Positions 53,915-62,937 of a DNA stretch of 64,000 nt are shown here, piece by piece (within the stretch, counting starts at the first letter, position 1; each line of letters starts with the position of its first letter). Where the stretch lies: assembly GCA_963777955.1 (NCBI GenBank), contig CAVZSQ010000013.1, forward strand, positions 256,001-320,000. Direction: 5' to 3'. The position numbers and the translations under genes were made by a program. Origin of the DNA: Calditrichia bacterium (GTDB lineage: Bacteria; Calditrichota; Calditrichia; JAJRVZ01). The notes beneath the pieces are model-generated. The model saw only the letters and a program-made list of their open reading frames with translations, searched no databases and was not told the origin of the DNA.

Positions 53915-54725
53915 TCCTGCCCCCTTTCGTGGCATACTTATGGGGGAAAAAGATTCGATCCAGCCCGGTAAAAATTTTATCCAGTACAATACCTATAACG
54001 ATGATGATCAGCAGGATTGCGAAGGCCTTGTCAGCCCGGCTTTGCCGGCCAAACAGATAAGCCATCGCGCCAAGACCGCCGGTCTTGTTGATCATCTCGG
54101 CGATAATGATATAAGTCCAGCTGATCGGAGCCAGGACCTTGATATCGTCAAAAGCCCGCGATAATACATCGGGGATGAATACTGTTTTGATGGTCTGCCA
54201 TTTGGTGGCGCCGAGAGTCTTGACTGTCTGTACATATACTTCGTTGACTTCATCCACCCTGACGATTACAGTTGGCAGAAGATATACGAATATACCTACA
54301 GCCAGGAAAGTTATTTTCATCAGATCTTCCAGTCCGAACCAGCGGATAAATACACCGATCAGCAGAGTCAGGGGTAGATAGCGGAACACGGCGATCTGCC
54401 GTTCGGTCAATCCGCGGAATAGCGGAAACAAGCCGATGATGAAACCCAGCGGCAGTGAAATAAAAACTGCCAGGTATAGTCCGGCCTGATTTAAATAAAG
54501 CGAATAGACGGCATTGCGCACCACCGCGTCCTGAAAATGAAGTTCCGGTAAACATTTCAGTACCTTCCAGGGGGAAGGGAAAATACCCGGCGGTACTTTG
54601 GTGAAGGTAACTATAGCCTGCCAGATCAGCAGGAACAGAATGACGCCGGCTATGAGCAGAATATTAAATTTCCGTTTATTCAAACTACCGCGTAATTCAA
54701 ATAACCCGGACAAATAATTTTTCAT
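53907..54725 (-). CDS. ABC transporter permease (NitT/TauT type)
   Basis: PSPWKV, EAA-like TVKTLGATKWQ, SWTYIIIAE, GLG; start set at ATG 54725 because the upstream extension is a palindromic repeat. Confidence 0.88.
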   Translation of the reverse strand: MKNYLSGLFELRGSLNKRKFNILLIAGVILFLLIWQAIVTFTKVPPGIFPSPWKVLKCLPELHFQDAVVRNAVYSLYLNQAGLYLAVFISLPLGFIIGLFPLFRGLTERQIAVFRYLPLTLLIGVFIRWFGLEDLMKITFLAVGIFVYLLPTVIVRVDEVNEVYVQTVKTLGATKWQTIKTVFIPDVLSRAFDDIKVLAPISWTYIIIAEMINKTGGLGAMAYLFGRQSRADKAFAILLIIIVIGIVLDKIFTGLDRIFFPHKYATKGGRNE

Positions 54726-54762
54726 ACATTTATCCTTAGATAACCAAATTTCCTGATATATA

Positions 54763-54855
54763 CTCTGCGACCTTTGTGCTTCCTTTGCGCGCGAAGCGTT
54801 TGCGTTTAAGTTTTTAAACGCAGTGGTCGCTAAGGAAAACGCAAAGGTCGCAGAG
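54763..54855. repeat. Long imperfect palindrome (REP/MITE-like) between the SBP-OmpA and permease genes
   Basis: Outer arms CTCTGCGACCTTTG / CAAAGGTCGCAGAG (14 bp perfect); inner arms TGCGTTTAA / TTAAACGCA. Confidence 0.75.
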
Positions 54856-54878
54856 AATAAACAAAATAACAAATATGC

Positions 54879-56429
54879 TTATTGTAAAATTTCAAAATCA
54901 ACCCTGCGGTTTTTGGCCCGGCCGTCATCGGTATCATTGGTGGCTACCGGTACCGTTGAACCCTTGCCCTGAGTGATAAAACGGTTTGGATCAAATCCGT
55001 ATTTCTGTACCAGGTAACTTTTAACCGCATCTGCCCGGCGCCGGGATAAAGCCAGGTTCCCCTGATCACTCCCTACATTATCGGTATGCCCCACCAGGCG
55101 CACTCTGCTGCCGGCAAATTGACGGGCCACATCGGCAAAACCGATCTCAATGATCGTCTTGCCGTTCTGATCCAATTCCGAGCTGCCAAAGTTGAAAGTG
55201 ACCGAGAGGGTTTTCCTGGCAAAAGCATCGGCTTTGGTTTCAGTGGCGGAGGGGGTACTGAAAGCGATGCCCCCTTCGGCAGCATTCATTGCTCCGCTTA
55301 ACCTCGAATTCTGCACGAATGTACTGTTGGCTACCGAGCGCCAGGCCGGTACATTTTCCGGGGCCAGGTTGATGGCCAGGTACAGACGGGTCATCTTACT
55401 GTAAATCTCCTGCCCGGTCATTCCGCTGTAACCCGAATTCAGATTAAAGTAATTTGCATTATCGCCATTAGTGCAAAAACGTACTTTGCTCATCATGAAC
55501 AAAGCATCATCTTTACTCATCTGCATGCCGGCGGCCAGAATTCCCGCGGCTTTATCACGGAAAGCCTGATTGGTGTTGGCTTCGGCATTGGCGGTCATCC
55601 AGCCATCATATAATTTCTGCATGGCCTCGCGGTTTTTTTCAATAAAAGATTCCTTGGCGAAGAACATATCTACAATCGCCTCGGTTACCTGCTCGGTGCT
55701 TTTTAAAATATGCGAGCCTTTTACCGACTTCAGACAATTAAGGTCATCAGGACTCCACACCACCGCAGCATCAACCTGTCCATTCATGAAATATTTAGCT
55801 GCTTCAATCGTGCTGCTGACTTTAACCACCTGGATCTGATTGTACTCCACCTGGTCAGCCTGCAGCATGATCATATAAAAAGAGTGGGAGGGCGAGCCTT
55901 CGCACAGGGCTACTTTCTTTCCGACCAGGTCACGGATGGAGCGAATTTCGTTAGCGGCAACGAATACATCGGCGCCGCGGCTCTTACTGGAAGCCCAGAC
56001 CGCCCGCGGTTGATCATCCAGCAATCCACTGGCATCCAGCGGGTACATATCCTGGGTAGAAGCCAGGACATCCACTTTGTCATTCTGCCAGGCTACCCGC
56101 GCTGCCGGTACATCGTTGATTACCGTGAATTTTACCAGTATGCCATATTGCGTATAAAAACGGCTCTCTTTATTCGCTTCATACCCGTTATTGAAACCAA
56201 TCGCCGGGGCATAGCCGGGATAATCGACAATACATACGTTGATCATCGGCAGACCGCCGCTCTTCACATCTTTCTGCAAATCTTCCGATAAAATACTCTT
56301 GGTTTCCCGTCCCTTGGGGATTAGTACGTCCTTGTACTTCATGAACAACCAGACAGCCAGGGCCATTATGCCGAAAATTAAGATAAATTTTACAGCCGGA
56401 TTCAAACCCGTTCTTCTTTCCATGACCAT
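54879..56429 (-). CDS. ABC substrate-binding protein (NMT1/SsuA-like) fused to a C-terminal OmpA-like peptidoglycan-binding domain
   Basis: N-terminal TM; SRGADV, DLVGKKVA, VDAAVVWSP; FNFGSSEL..GHTDNVG..NLALSRRRADAVKSYL..NRRVDF. Confidence 0.88.
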   Translation of the reverse strand: MVMERRTGLNPAVKFILIFGIMALAVWLFMKYKDVLIPKGRETKSILSEDLQKDVKSGGLPMINVCIVDYPGYAPAIGFNNGYEANKESRFYTQYGILVKFTVINDVPAARVAWQNDKVDVLASTQDMYPLDASGLLDDQPRAVWASSKSRGADVFVAANEIRSIRDLVGKKVALCEGSPSHSFYMIMLQADQVEYNQIQVVKVSSTIEAAKYFMNGQVDAAVVWSPDDLNCLKSVKGSHILKSTEQVTEAIVDMFFAKESFIEKNREAMQKLYDGWMTANAEANTNQAFRDKAAGILAAGMQMSKDDALFMMSKVRFCTNGDNANYFNLNSGYSGMTGQEIYSKMTRLYLAINLAPENVPAWRSVANSTFVQNSRLSGAMNAAEGGIAFSTPSATETKADAFARKTLSVTFNFGSSELDQNGKTIIEIGFADVARQFAGSRVRLVGHTDNVGSDQGNLALSRRRADAVKSYLVQKYGFDPNRFITQGKGSTVPVATNDTDDGRAKNRRVDFEILQ

Positions 56430-56550
56430 AACTCACACTCCTTCTTTTAAAACTTAAAAAATATATAGTATAATTTATATATTTCTGCATCCACTCTTAA
56501 GCGAATTCCAGGCAACGCTCATTTGCTGTACTTTATACCCATGGCTTACT

Positions 56551-57603
56551 TTATTCGATAAAGCGGCTATATTTATTCTCCGACTGTTGTTCCTTTTTTT
56601 TCGCCATAACTTCTTCTTTGGTTACCTGGTGCAATGGTGCATCCAGATCCAGTTTATCCGCTTCATCGGCTGACTTTAACAGCAACACTTCCTTTTGATC
56701 GCCCAGAACCAGCGAATCTGTTTTCTGCTCCCAGTTTTCCAGTTCCTTGAGAGCATCTTCTTCATAGATCCCATTCTGCAAATCCACTGATTCAATGAAG
56801 CCCTGGGAAATATCCATGAAATGTTCGATCTCGCCAAGTTTCTGGCCATAGTCTTCGGCCATATATTCCAGGGTCTGGTCGAACAGTTCCTTGGCATCAG
56901 GATCACCCTGGATAACTTTTTGTGCTTTTTTAAACACCGAGTAGCCCTGCAGTATCATTTTCCGTTCACGGATCTTTACTTCCACTTCATCCGACAGATC
57001 TTCGTACCAGAATTGTGCCGCCTCCAGCATCTTGCTTAAAACCCGGTACAGTGTTTCCATCTTTACATACAGATTTTTATAAGTAAGATTGGATTCCTGC
57101 AGACGTCCGGCTCTGCGGGCTTTGAGCACAAAGGCTGATTTCTTCCCTCGCTCCTGGGCAATTTTAGCCGCTTTCAGGGATTCCTCGCGCACCTGGTCGT
57201 TCTTTCTCATCTCCTCCTGCAGCGTGCGCATCTGTCCCCGCAGTGCCCCCAGTTGCTCCGTCATGTCACGAATATTGCGCTCCAGATCGGACACATAATT
57301 TCTCAGGATGCCGATCGGATCGATGGTTATGAAGACACTGGTGATTGCCCTCATGACACTTTTAAACATATACTTGACCAGATTGCGAACCCGTCTATCC
57401 GTGACGAGGAAAATGATCAGGCCCAGAGCACCGGCCAGGAAAATGGTGTGCAGGGTATTCTGCAGCAGCGTGATCACCCAGGGCAGAATGGCGCTGAATC
57501 CGTACACGCCTGCTCCGATTAGCAGGGCCAGAATGATCATGCCCGTCGTGCCCTCTTTTTTACTCCAGAAACTTTTCAATTGTACATTTTGACTGGGATC
57601 CAT
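56551..57603 (-). CDS. Membrane-anchored coiled-coil protein, PspA/IM30-like
   Basis: Two N-terminal TM segments, then IDPIGILRNYVSDLE and a long heptad-rich helical region resembling the PspA DP..l.q.i.d opening. Confidence 0.55.
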   Translation of the reverse strand: MDPSQNVQLKSFWSKKEGTTGMIILALLIGAGVYGFSAILPWVITLLQNTLHTIFLAGALGLIIFLVTDRRVRNLVKYMFKSVMRAITSVFITIDPIGILRNYVSDLERNIRDMTEQLGALRGQMRTLQEEMRKNDQVREESLKAAKIAQERGKKSAFVLKARRAGRLQESNLTYKNLYVKMETLYRVLSKMLEAAQFWYEDLSDEVEVKIRERKMILQGYSVFKKAQKVIQGDPDAKELFDQTLEYMAEDYGQKLGEIEHFMDISQGFIESVDLQNGIYEEDALKELENWEQKTDSLVLGDQKEVLLLKSADEADKLDLDAPLHQVTKEEVMAKKKEQQSENKYSRFIE

Positions 57604-57651
57604 GGAAACACCTCCTGGTATAAAATAATTCTATATTGTTTGAATTTAGCC

Positions 57652-58350
57652 TTACATGTTTTTAAGATATGTCAGCAGTTTATTTTTCTTGGCGATCAGA
57701 ATTTCCTGAACGGCCGTCATGGCCAGATCAAATTTCTCACTGCCCCGTTTAATATTCTCCGCAAGTTTTTTACTAAGATCAGTCTTGGTTTGTTTACTGT
57801 TTTCCAGTTCCTGTATCTCTCTTTTTAAATCGACAATTTTTTCATCGATATGGGCCATGTCTATTTTAAGTTGTTCGACTTCTTCGTTTTTAGTTTTGAT
57901 ACTTTCTAAAAAATCCGCCTTTTCAATTTTCAGGGCTCCGATCTGTTCATCAGCAGCAGCCAGCAGTTCTTTTACCGTCAGCGGGGCTGATTTCTTGGCA
58001 GCAGCAAAAGCTGCTTTGAAACGGCTTGCTTCATCCGGAATAATGCCATCGAAAGTCTTGACAAAACTTTCAAAATTGGTCAGGGCGGTCCCCAGTTCTG
58101 TGGCAGCTTGTAAAATCGCATTTACCAGATTTTCATCTGCTTTCACGGTTGAAGCCGTTCTGGGTAAAGGTTTTTGAATTACTGTCTGTGTTACCTGCGG
58201 GGTAGAGATCTGCGACTTTTGCGGAGTATCCGGCGCTGTGGCCTCAGGAGTCTGCTCTGCGGGCACTTCTTCATGGGTAAAGAGCATATTCTCCACTGCA
58301 TTGCCCAGGCGGCGGAAGACACTACCCTTTGAATCATTTTGATCAGCCAT
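57652..58350 (-). CDS. Hypothetical coiled-coil protein
   Basis: N-terminal amphipathic helix, P/T/Q-rich linker, C-terminal coiled coil; GGGGAGG RBS. Confidence 0.75.
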   Translation of the reverse strand: MADQNDSKGSVFRRLGNAVENMLFTHEEVPAEQTPEATAPDTPQKSQISTPQVTQTVIQKPLPRTASTVKADENLVNAILQAATELGTALTNFESFVKTFDGIIPDEASRFKAAFAAAKKSAPLTVKELLAAADEQIGALKIEKADFLESIKTKNEEVEQLKIDMAHIDEKIVDLKREIQELENSKQTKTDLSKKLAENIKRGSEKFDLAMTAVQEILIAKKNKLLTYLKNM

Positions 58351-58474
58351 CGTTGAACCCTCCCCAAGAAGTTCAATTACATAAATTTAGAACAAAAAAT
58401 CAATTCTGCAAAGCAGAAGTTTACAATGTAAGGAATTTACGTAATTGTCGGGTCAACGTTGCATAAAATATGCG

Positions 58475-58509
58475 ACCACCTCCGAGGTTCCGATAACCTC
58501 GGAGGTGGT
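58475..58509. repeat. Perfect 15-bp inverted repeat (REP-like or terminator)
   Basis: ACCACCTCCGAGGTT-ccgat-AACCTCGGAGGTGGT immediately after the PilZ stop. Confidence 0.8.
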
Positions 58510-58514
58510 TAACT

Positions 58515-58895
58515 CTAAGGCAAGGCCAGCAGCGTATTCTTGAATTCCTTGACCAGGATACGTAATTGTTCCTGGCTTTTAAATGAATTATAGCGTTCAA
58601 TGGTACTGAAGGGCAGAAATTGTACAGCGGCAAAGGTCAGATTACTGCTTTCCTGCGCCGTTATCCGGACACAGGTTGCTTTAACTGTAATTCTTTCTTT
58701 GGATGGGATCAATATTTCCAGTTCGATAATATCACCCGGTTTGATGTCATGATTAACCTGAAAACTGGCACTGTTCTGAGCCATATCCTTCATGGGCGTA
58801 ATATCGCCGGTCCCGGAAGACAACCGGTACTTGATCTTCGCATTCGGCACCTTATATCGATCGGCATGTCGCCGATCCAGATCATATAAATACAT
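58515..58895 (-). CDS. Stand-alone PilZ-domain protein
   Basis: DRRHADRY (RxxxR), DMAQNSA (degenerate DxSxxG), AAVQF. Confidence 0.7.
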   Translation of the reverse strand: MYLYDLDRRHADRYKVPNAKIKYRLSSGTGDITPMKDMAQNSASFQVNHDIKPGDIIELEILIPSKERITVKATCVRITAQESSNLTFAAVQFLPFSTIERYNSFKSQEQLRILVKEFKNTLLALP

Positions 58896-59153
58896 ACCTC
58901 TTTCCTAAGTCTTGTCCGGAGACCCTGACAGATACTTTACCCTATCTACCTTGCATAATAATACACCCCTATGCAGAAATAGTGATGCAGGTCACTTCTA
59001 TTCATTTTTTTAAGTCTAGTCCCTTGTTTTGCTACAGCAGTTGAAAAAATAATATGTATTTTTTTTATGCAGATATAATTGATTTATGTATATTGTTAAA
59101 TATCATTTGATAATTCTTAATAACATAATAGATAGATTAAACCAGGAGGTGCA

Positions 59154-59615
59154 ATGAAAATCATCATTTTTTCGCTTATCTTTTTAATCCTTGCCGGGTG
59201 CTCAAGCAGGCTTGTTACCTTTGAGCAATATTCGGTAGCCATGAATCTGAAAGTCGAAGCCGACAGTTCGGTCTATATCGGTAGTGACGAGATATTCAGC
59301 GGTGTATTATGGCTAAATCCAATCCTGCTGCAGGAAAGAAGTACAGTTAACGAGGTGAAACTGATCCAGAATTTCGGCAAATATTATGTCTGCGCCGATA
59401 ATTTCAAGAATGTCTGGCTGATCGAACCAAAAAGCGATGGGCTGTCGGCCAATTATAAAGCCTTGGATGTCACTCCCAAAGATACCAGCGATGTCTATAA
59501 TGATGTGGGATTCTCACGCTACGGATCGAAAGATAAAACCTGCGTTAAATTCAGATATAACAAACAGGAAATTTTTATAGACAGGAAGGGCAAAATCAAT
59601 GAAGAATGTAAATAA
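59154..59615 (+). CDS. Hypothetical lipoprotein
   Basis: AGGAGG RBS; LAGC lipobox. Confidence 0.75.
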   Translation: MKIIIFSLIFLILAGCSSRLVTFEQYSVAMNLKVEADSSVYIGSDEIFSGVLWLNPILLQERSTVNEVKLIQNFGKYYVCADNFKNVWLIEPKSDGLSANYKALDVTPKDTSDVYNDVGFSRYGSKDKTCVKFRYNKQEIFIDRKGKINEECK

Positions 59616-60717
59616 AATAGCGATAGTTTTATTGATCTTATTCCTGGGATCTACCCTGTTAGCCCAGGATATTGAACAACTGTATGAACAGGCCAGGTCA
59701 AGCTTGCTGGCCGGTGATTATCAAAAGGCCGCGGCACTGGTAGCCGATGCCCAGCAAAGGATCCAACTCGATCCCAACCTGGATCCTAACGGGGCTTATA
59801 CTAAGAAACTCCTGCCCAGGCTGGAACAGGCGGCCGATAATATGTCCGAAATTGCCAAAGCCCTGGATACTCTTTATCAAACCACCCAGACCGGCATGGT
59901 TCTTCCGGACTTGCCCCCTTCTACTGAAGCCGTCAACCAATATACCACCCTGGTGAAAGACAAGAGCCGGCAACTCCTGGCCAAACGTGATTCTATTCTG
60001 GCCAGTCATGAACTTGATCCCGAATTCCGCGAGGCCATCCGTAAAGTCCAGAATTATACCCAGGTCGAACAATATGCTACCAGCGGAATCATTCAGCAAC
60101 TGTCGGATAAATTTACCGTTATTGCCGTGGTGCTTACCGATTCCCTGAAATCCCTTGACTTGCGCTACCAGGAACTCACCGCTCAACTTGAAAAAATGAA
60201 AAAATCCGCCACAGCCAGCCGGGCTGACCGGGATAAGTTGCAGGCACAATTAACTCAGTTATCCCAGGAACGTCTGAATTACATGAATACCATATCAGAA
60301 ATGCTGATCGGTGAACCGACTCCGGAAAATGAACAGATGCGCACGGCCCTGATTAATAACAATCTGGAAAATGTATTCAGCAGTGTGATTCAAAATGAAA
60401 CCAGCCGCGTGCAGACACTTGAACAGGTTGACTCAACCGGTTATAAAGAACTGGTCAAACAATTTGACCGCCTCAAGAACTATAACCAGATTTTCGTTAA
60501 AAACAATATAGCGCAGGACCAGGCAGGATTATTAATCCAATATGAAGCAGCCATCAAGAATGTAAAGGTTCTGACTCCGACTAAATTTAATTTCTGGTTA
60601 TGGATAATATTGCCGCTGGCGATTATCATGCTGGTAATCATCATTTATCGCATCCTCAAAATCGTACCAAAGGGATCGGAGCCCCCTCCGCCCCCCGCTG
60701 CTAAACCGCAGCCATAA
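59599..60717 (+). CDS. Hypothetical single-pass membrane protein with an exported helical/coiled-coil domain
   Basis: Signal peptide, coiled coil, C-terminal TM and poly-Pro tail. Confidence 0.75.
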   Translation: MKNVNKIAIVLLILFLGSTLLAQDIEQLYEQARSSLLAGDYQKAAALVADAQQRIQLDPNLDPNGAYTKKLLPRLEQAADNMSEIAKALDTLYQTTQTGMVLPDLPPSTEAVNQYTTLVKDKSRQLLAKRDSILASHELDPEFREAIRKVQNYTQVEQYATSGIIQQLSDKFTVIAVVLTDSLKSLDLRYQELTAQLEKMKKSATASRADRDKLQAQLTQLSQERLNYMNTISEMLIGEPTPENEQMRTALINNNLENVFSSVIQNETSRVQTLEQVDSTGYKELVKQFDRLKNYNQIFVKNNIAQDQAGLLIQYEAAIKNVKVLTPTKFNFWLWIILPLAIIMLVIIIYRILKIVPKGSEPPPPPAAKPQP

Positions 60718-60739
60718 TTACCTGAACTGAATATCAAGC

Positions 60740-60778
60740 AGGCCTTACAATATCTGGAATTTTGTAAGGCCTTTTTTA
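60740..60778 (+). terminator. Intrinsic terminator
   Basis: AGGCCTTACAA-N11-TTGTAAGGCCT followed by a T run. Confidence 0.8.
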
Positions 60779-60949
60779 TTGTCGATTTGTACTAAACTGT
60801 AAGCCCTAGTACGACGATAATTGCATATAGACTTCAAACTTAACTTTATATGATTACGACTGAGCACAACCTGACTTGAGAATTGACAATATCCATATGT
60901 TTAATGCATTTTAGCAGATAGTGCAGTCCGAAAGGACAGCGGAGGTTTT

Positions 60950-62887
60950 ATGACTGAAGTGAAGAAGACACTAAAAACTTCAATTAAAAAAGCAAAACCT
61001 GCCAAACCCGCAGCGAAAGTCAGCAAAGATCAGCCCGGGAATGTACAACAGCTGATCGAGAAACTTGAGGCAGAAAAAATCATGTTTCGTGGTTTGCTCG
61101 ACACCATTCCCGATGTTATTTATTTTAAAGACCGCCAGAGCAGATTCCTGATGGTCAGCAAGGCCGGCATAGCCAAGTTCGGTGTTAAAGATATGGATTT
61201 CCTGTACGGAAAAACCGATTTTGATATTTTTACTTCCGAACATGCGCAGGACGCCTATAATGACGAACAAAATATTATTGTAACCGGTACGCCGATTATT
61301 AACAAAGAAGAAAAAGAAACCTGGGAGGATGGCAAAATAACCTGGTGTTCATCATCCAAGGTTCCTTTACGGGACACCCGTAATAATATTAGCGGTATCG
61401 TCGGCATATCGCGTGACATTACCGAGAAAAAAGAGACCGAGGCAAAACTTAACCGCTATCGCGAAAATCTGGAACTGGCCAAACGCGAGACGGATATGAT
61501 CCTGGCTAATCTGGAGGGAGGATTATTTCTGCTGGATCGCGACCTGACCATCGGTTCACAACATTCCGCAGAATTGAATTCCATCTTTGAAGAAACGGAT
61601 CTGGCCAACAACAACTTCCTGGTCATACTGCAGAACAAGGTCAACGATCCGACTCTGGAAGCAACACGCTCGTATCTGGAACTGCTGCTGGAAGATGAAA
61701 AGGATGAGGAATTGTTCAAGGACCTGAATCCCCTGGTTGAAATATCGACTGCTATTAACCAGAAAACTAAATTCTTAACTTATAAGTTTCGGCGGATTAA
61801 AAATAAAGAGAATAAGACGACCGGCCTGATCGCCACGGTTAATGATGTCACCAAGGAAGTCATGCTGCTGCGCTCCCTGGAGGAAGAAAAAGCCCAGAGC
61901 AAAAAGAAGATGGATTGGATGCTGTGCATCCTGAATATCGATCCCTCGCTGCTGAAAGATTTTGTCGTCAGCGTTGAAGAGGAAATGAGCCACGTCGATG
62001 GCGCCCTGCAAACCTTGATTCAAAACCAGAAACAGGATGATGTCCTGGATGGTATTTACAGATCCATTCATACCATCAAAGGTAATGCCAGTCTGCTGGA
62101 GTTGAATTTTCTGGCTGACCAGGCCCATCTGGCCGAGGAGACGGTTAATATCCTCAGAAAAAAAATACAGATCATGCGCGAAGATAAGAAGAAACTTTCC
62201 AACGAAGTCCAGGGTATCCATAAAACATATGAAGAGTTAAAAGGTTTGATTGATCAAATCAGTAAAATACATGATCAATTCCGGCCCAAGCGCAGTTATG
62301 AACATCAGCGCCTGATCGATTCCTTAAATAGATTGATCGAAACCCTGGCCAAACAATACAAGAAAAGTGCTACTCTCGATCATGATAAATTGGTCGGGGA
62401 TACGATTCCTTATCAATACCGGCTGGTAATTCGCGACATTCTGGTCCAATTTGTACGTAATTCCATGTATCACGGCATTGAAACCATCGCCGACCGGAAA
62501 AAATCTGGCAAAACGGAGAATGGGAAAATAGTTGTTTCGGGTAAATTAACCGACAGCAGTTTTGTACTGTGTTTTGAAGATGACGGGCATGGATTGGATC
62601 TGAACAAGTTAAAAAAGAAAATCCTTGATTCCGGCAGGCGGACAGCAGCGGAAATCGATAAACTGAGCACAATGGAATTGACCCAGGGAATATTCATGCC
62701 AGGCGTATCGACAGCGGACAGTGCCGACCTGACTGCGGGTCGCGGATATGGTTTGGACATTGTAAAACAGAAAATCGAAAAAATCGGTGGTACGGTTAAA
62801 GTCGAATCAAAACAAAATGAATTTACCCGGTTTATAGTCACTTTTCCCCTGGCCGCGGCAAATAAAACTGTGACTGCCTCAGTGTAA
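60950..62887 (+). CDS. CheA-like histidine kinase, PAS-PAS-Hpt-HATPase_c, no CheW domain
   Basis: PAS/PAC IYFKDRQSRF..GIVGISRDITE; Hpt YRSIHTIKGNA; RNSMYHGIE, EDDGHG, GVSTA..GRGYGLD; GGAGG RBS. Confidence 0.85.
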   Translation: MTEVKKTLKTSIKKAKPAKPAAKVSKDQPGNVQQLIEKLEAEKIMFRGLLDTIPDVIYFKDRQSRFLMVSKAGIAKFGVKDMDFLYGKTDFDIFTSEHAQDAYNDEQNIIVTGTPIINKEEKETWEDGKITWCSSSKVPLRDTRNNISGIVGISRDITEKKETEAKLNRYRENLELAKRETDMILANLEGGLFLLDRDLTIGSQHSAELNSIFEETDLANNNFLVILQNKVNDPTLEATRSYLELLLEDEKDEELFKDLNPLVEISTAINQKTKFLTYKFRRIKNKENKTTGLIATVNDVTKEVMLLRSLEEEKAQSKKKMDWMLCILNIDPSLLKDFVVSVEEEMSHVDGALQTLIQNQKQDDVLDGIYRSIHTIKGNASLLELNFLADQAHLAEETVNILRKKIQIMREDKKKLSNEVQGIHKTYEELKGLIDQISKIHDQFRPKRSYEHQRLIDSLNRLIETLAKQYKKSATLDHDKLVGDTIPYQYRLVIRDILVQFVRNSMYHGIETIADRKKSGKTENGKIVVSGKLTDSSFVLCFEDDGHGLDLNKLKKKILDSGRRTAAEIDKLSTMELTQGIFMPGVSTADSADLTAGRGYGLDIVKQKIEKIGGTVKVESKQNEFTRFIVTFPLAAANKTVTASV

Positions 62888-62937
62888 ATACTATTTTGAA
62901 AGCGGGTAATACACCCACGCCATAAATATATTTTACT

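Noticed and set aside
54726..54872. N-terminal extension of the ABC permease in the ORF track
   Set aside because: It is a translation of the palindromic repeat; the realistic start is ATG 54725
60780..60949. c-di-GMP riboswitch upstream of the kinase (GTCC-GAAA-GGAC hairpin)
   Set aside because: Isolated GNRA hairpin without the other conserved c-di-GMP-I elements
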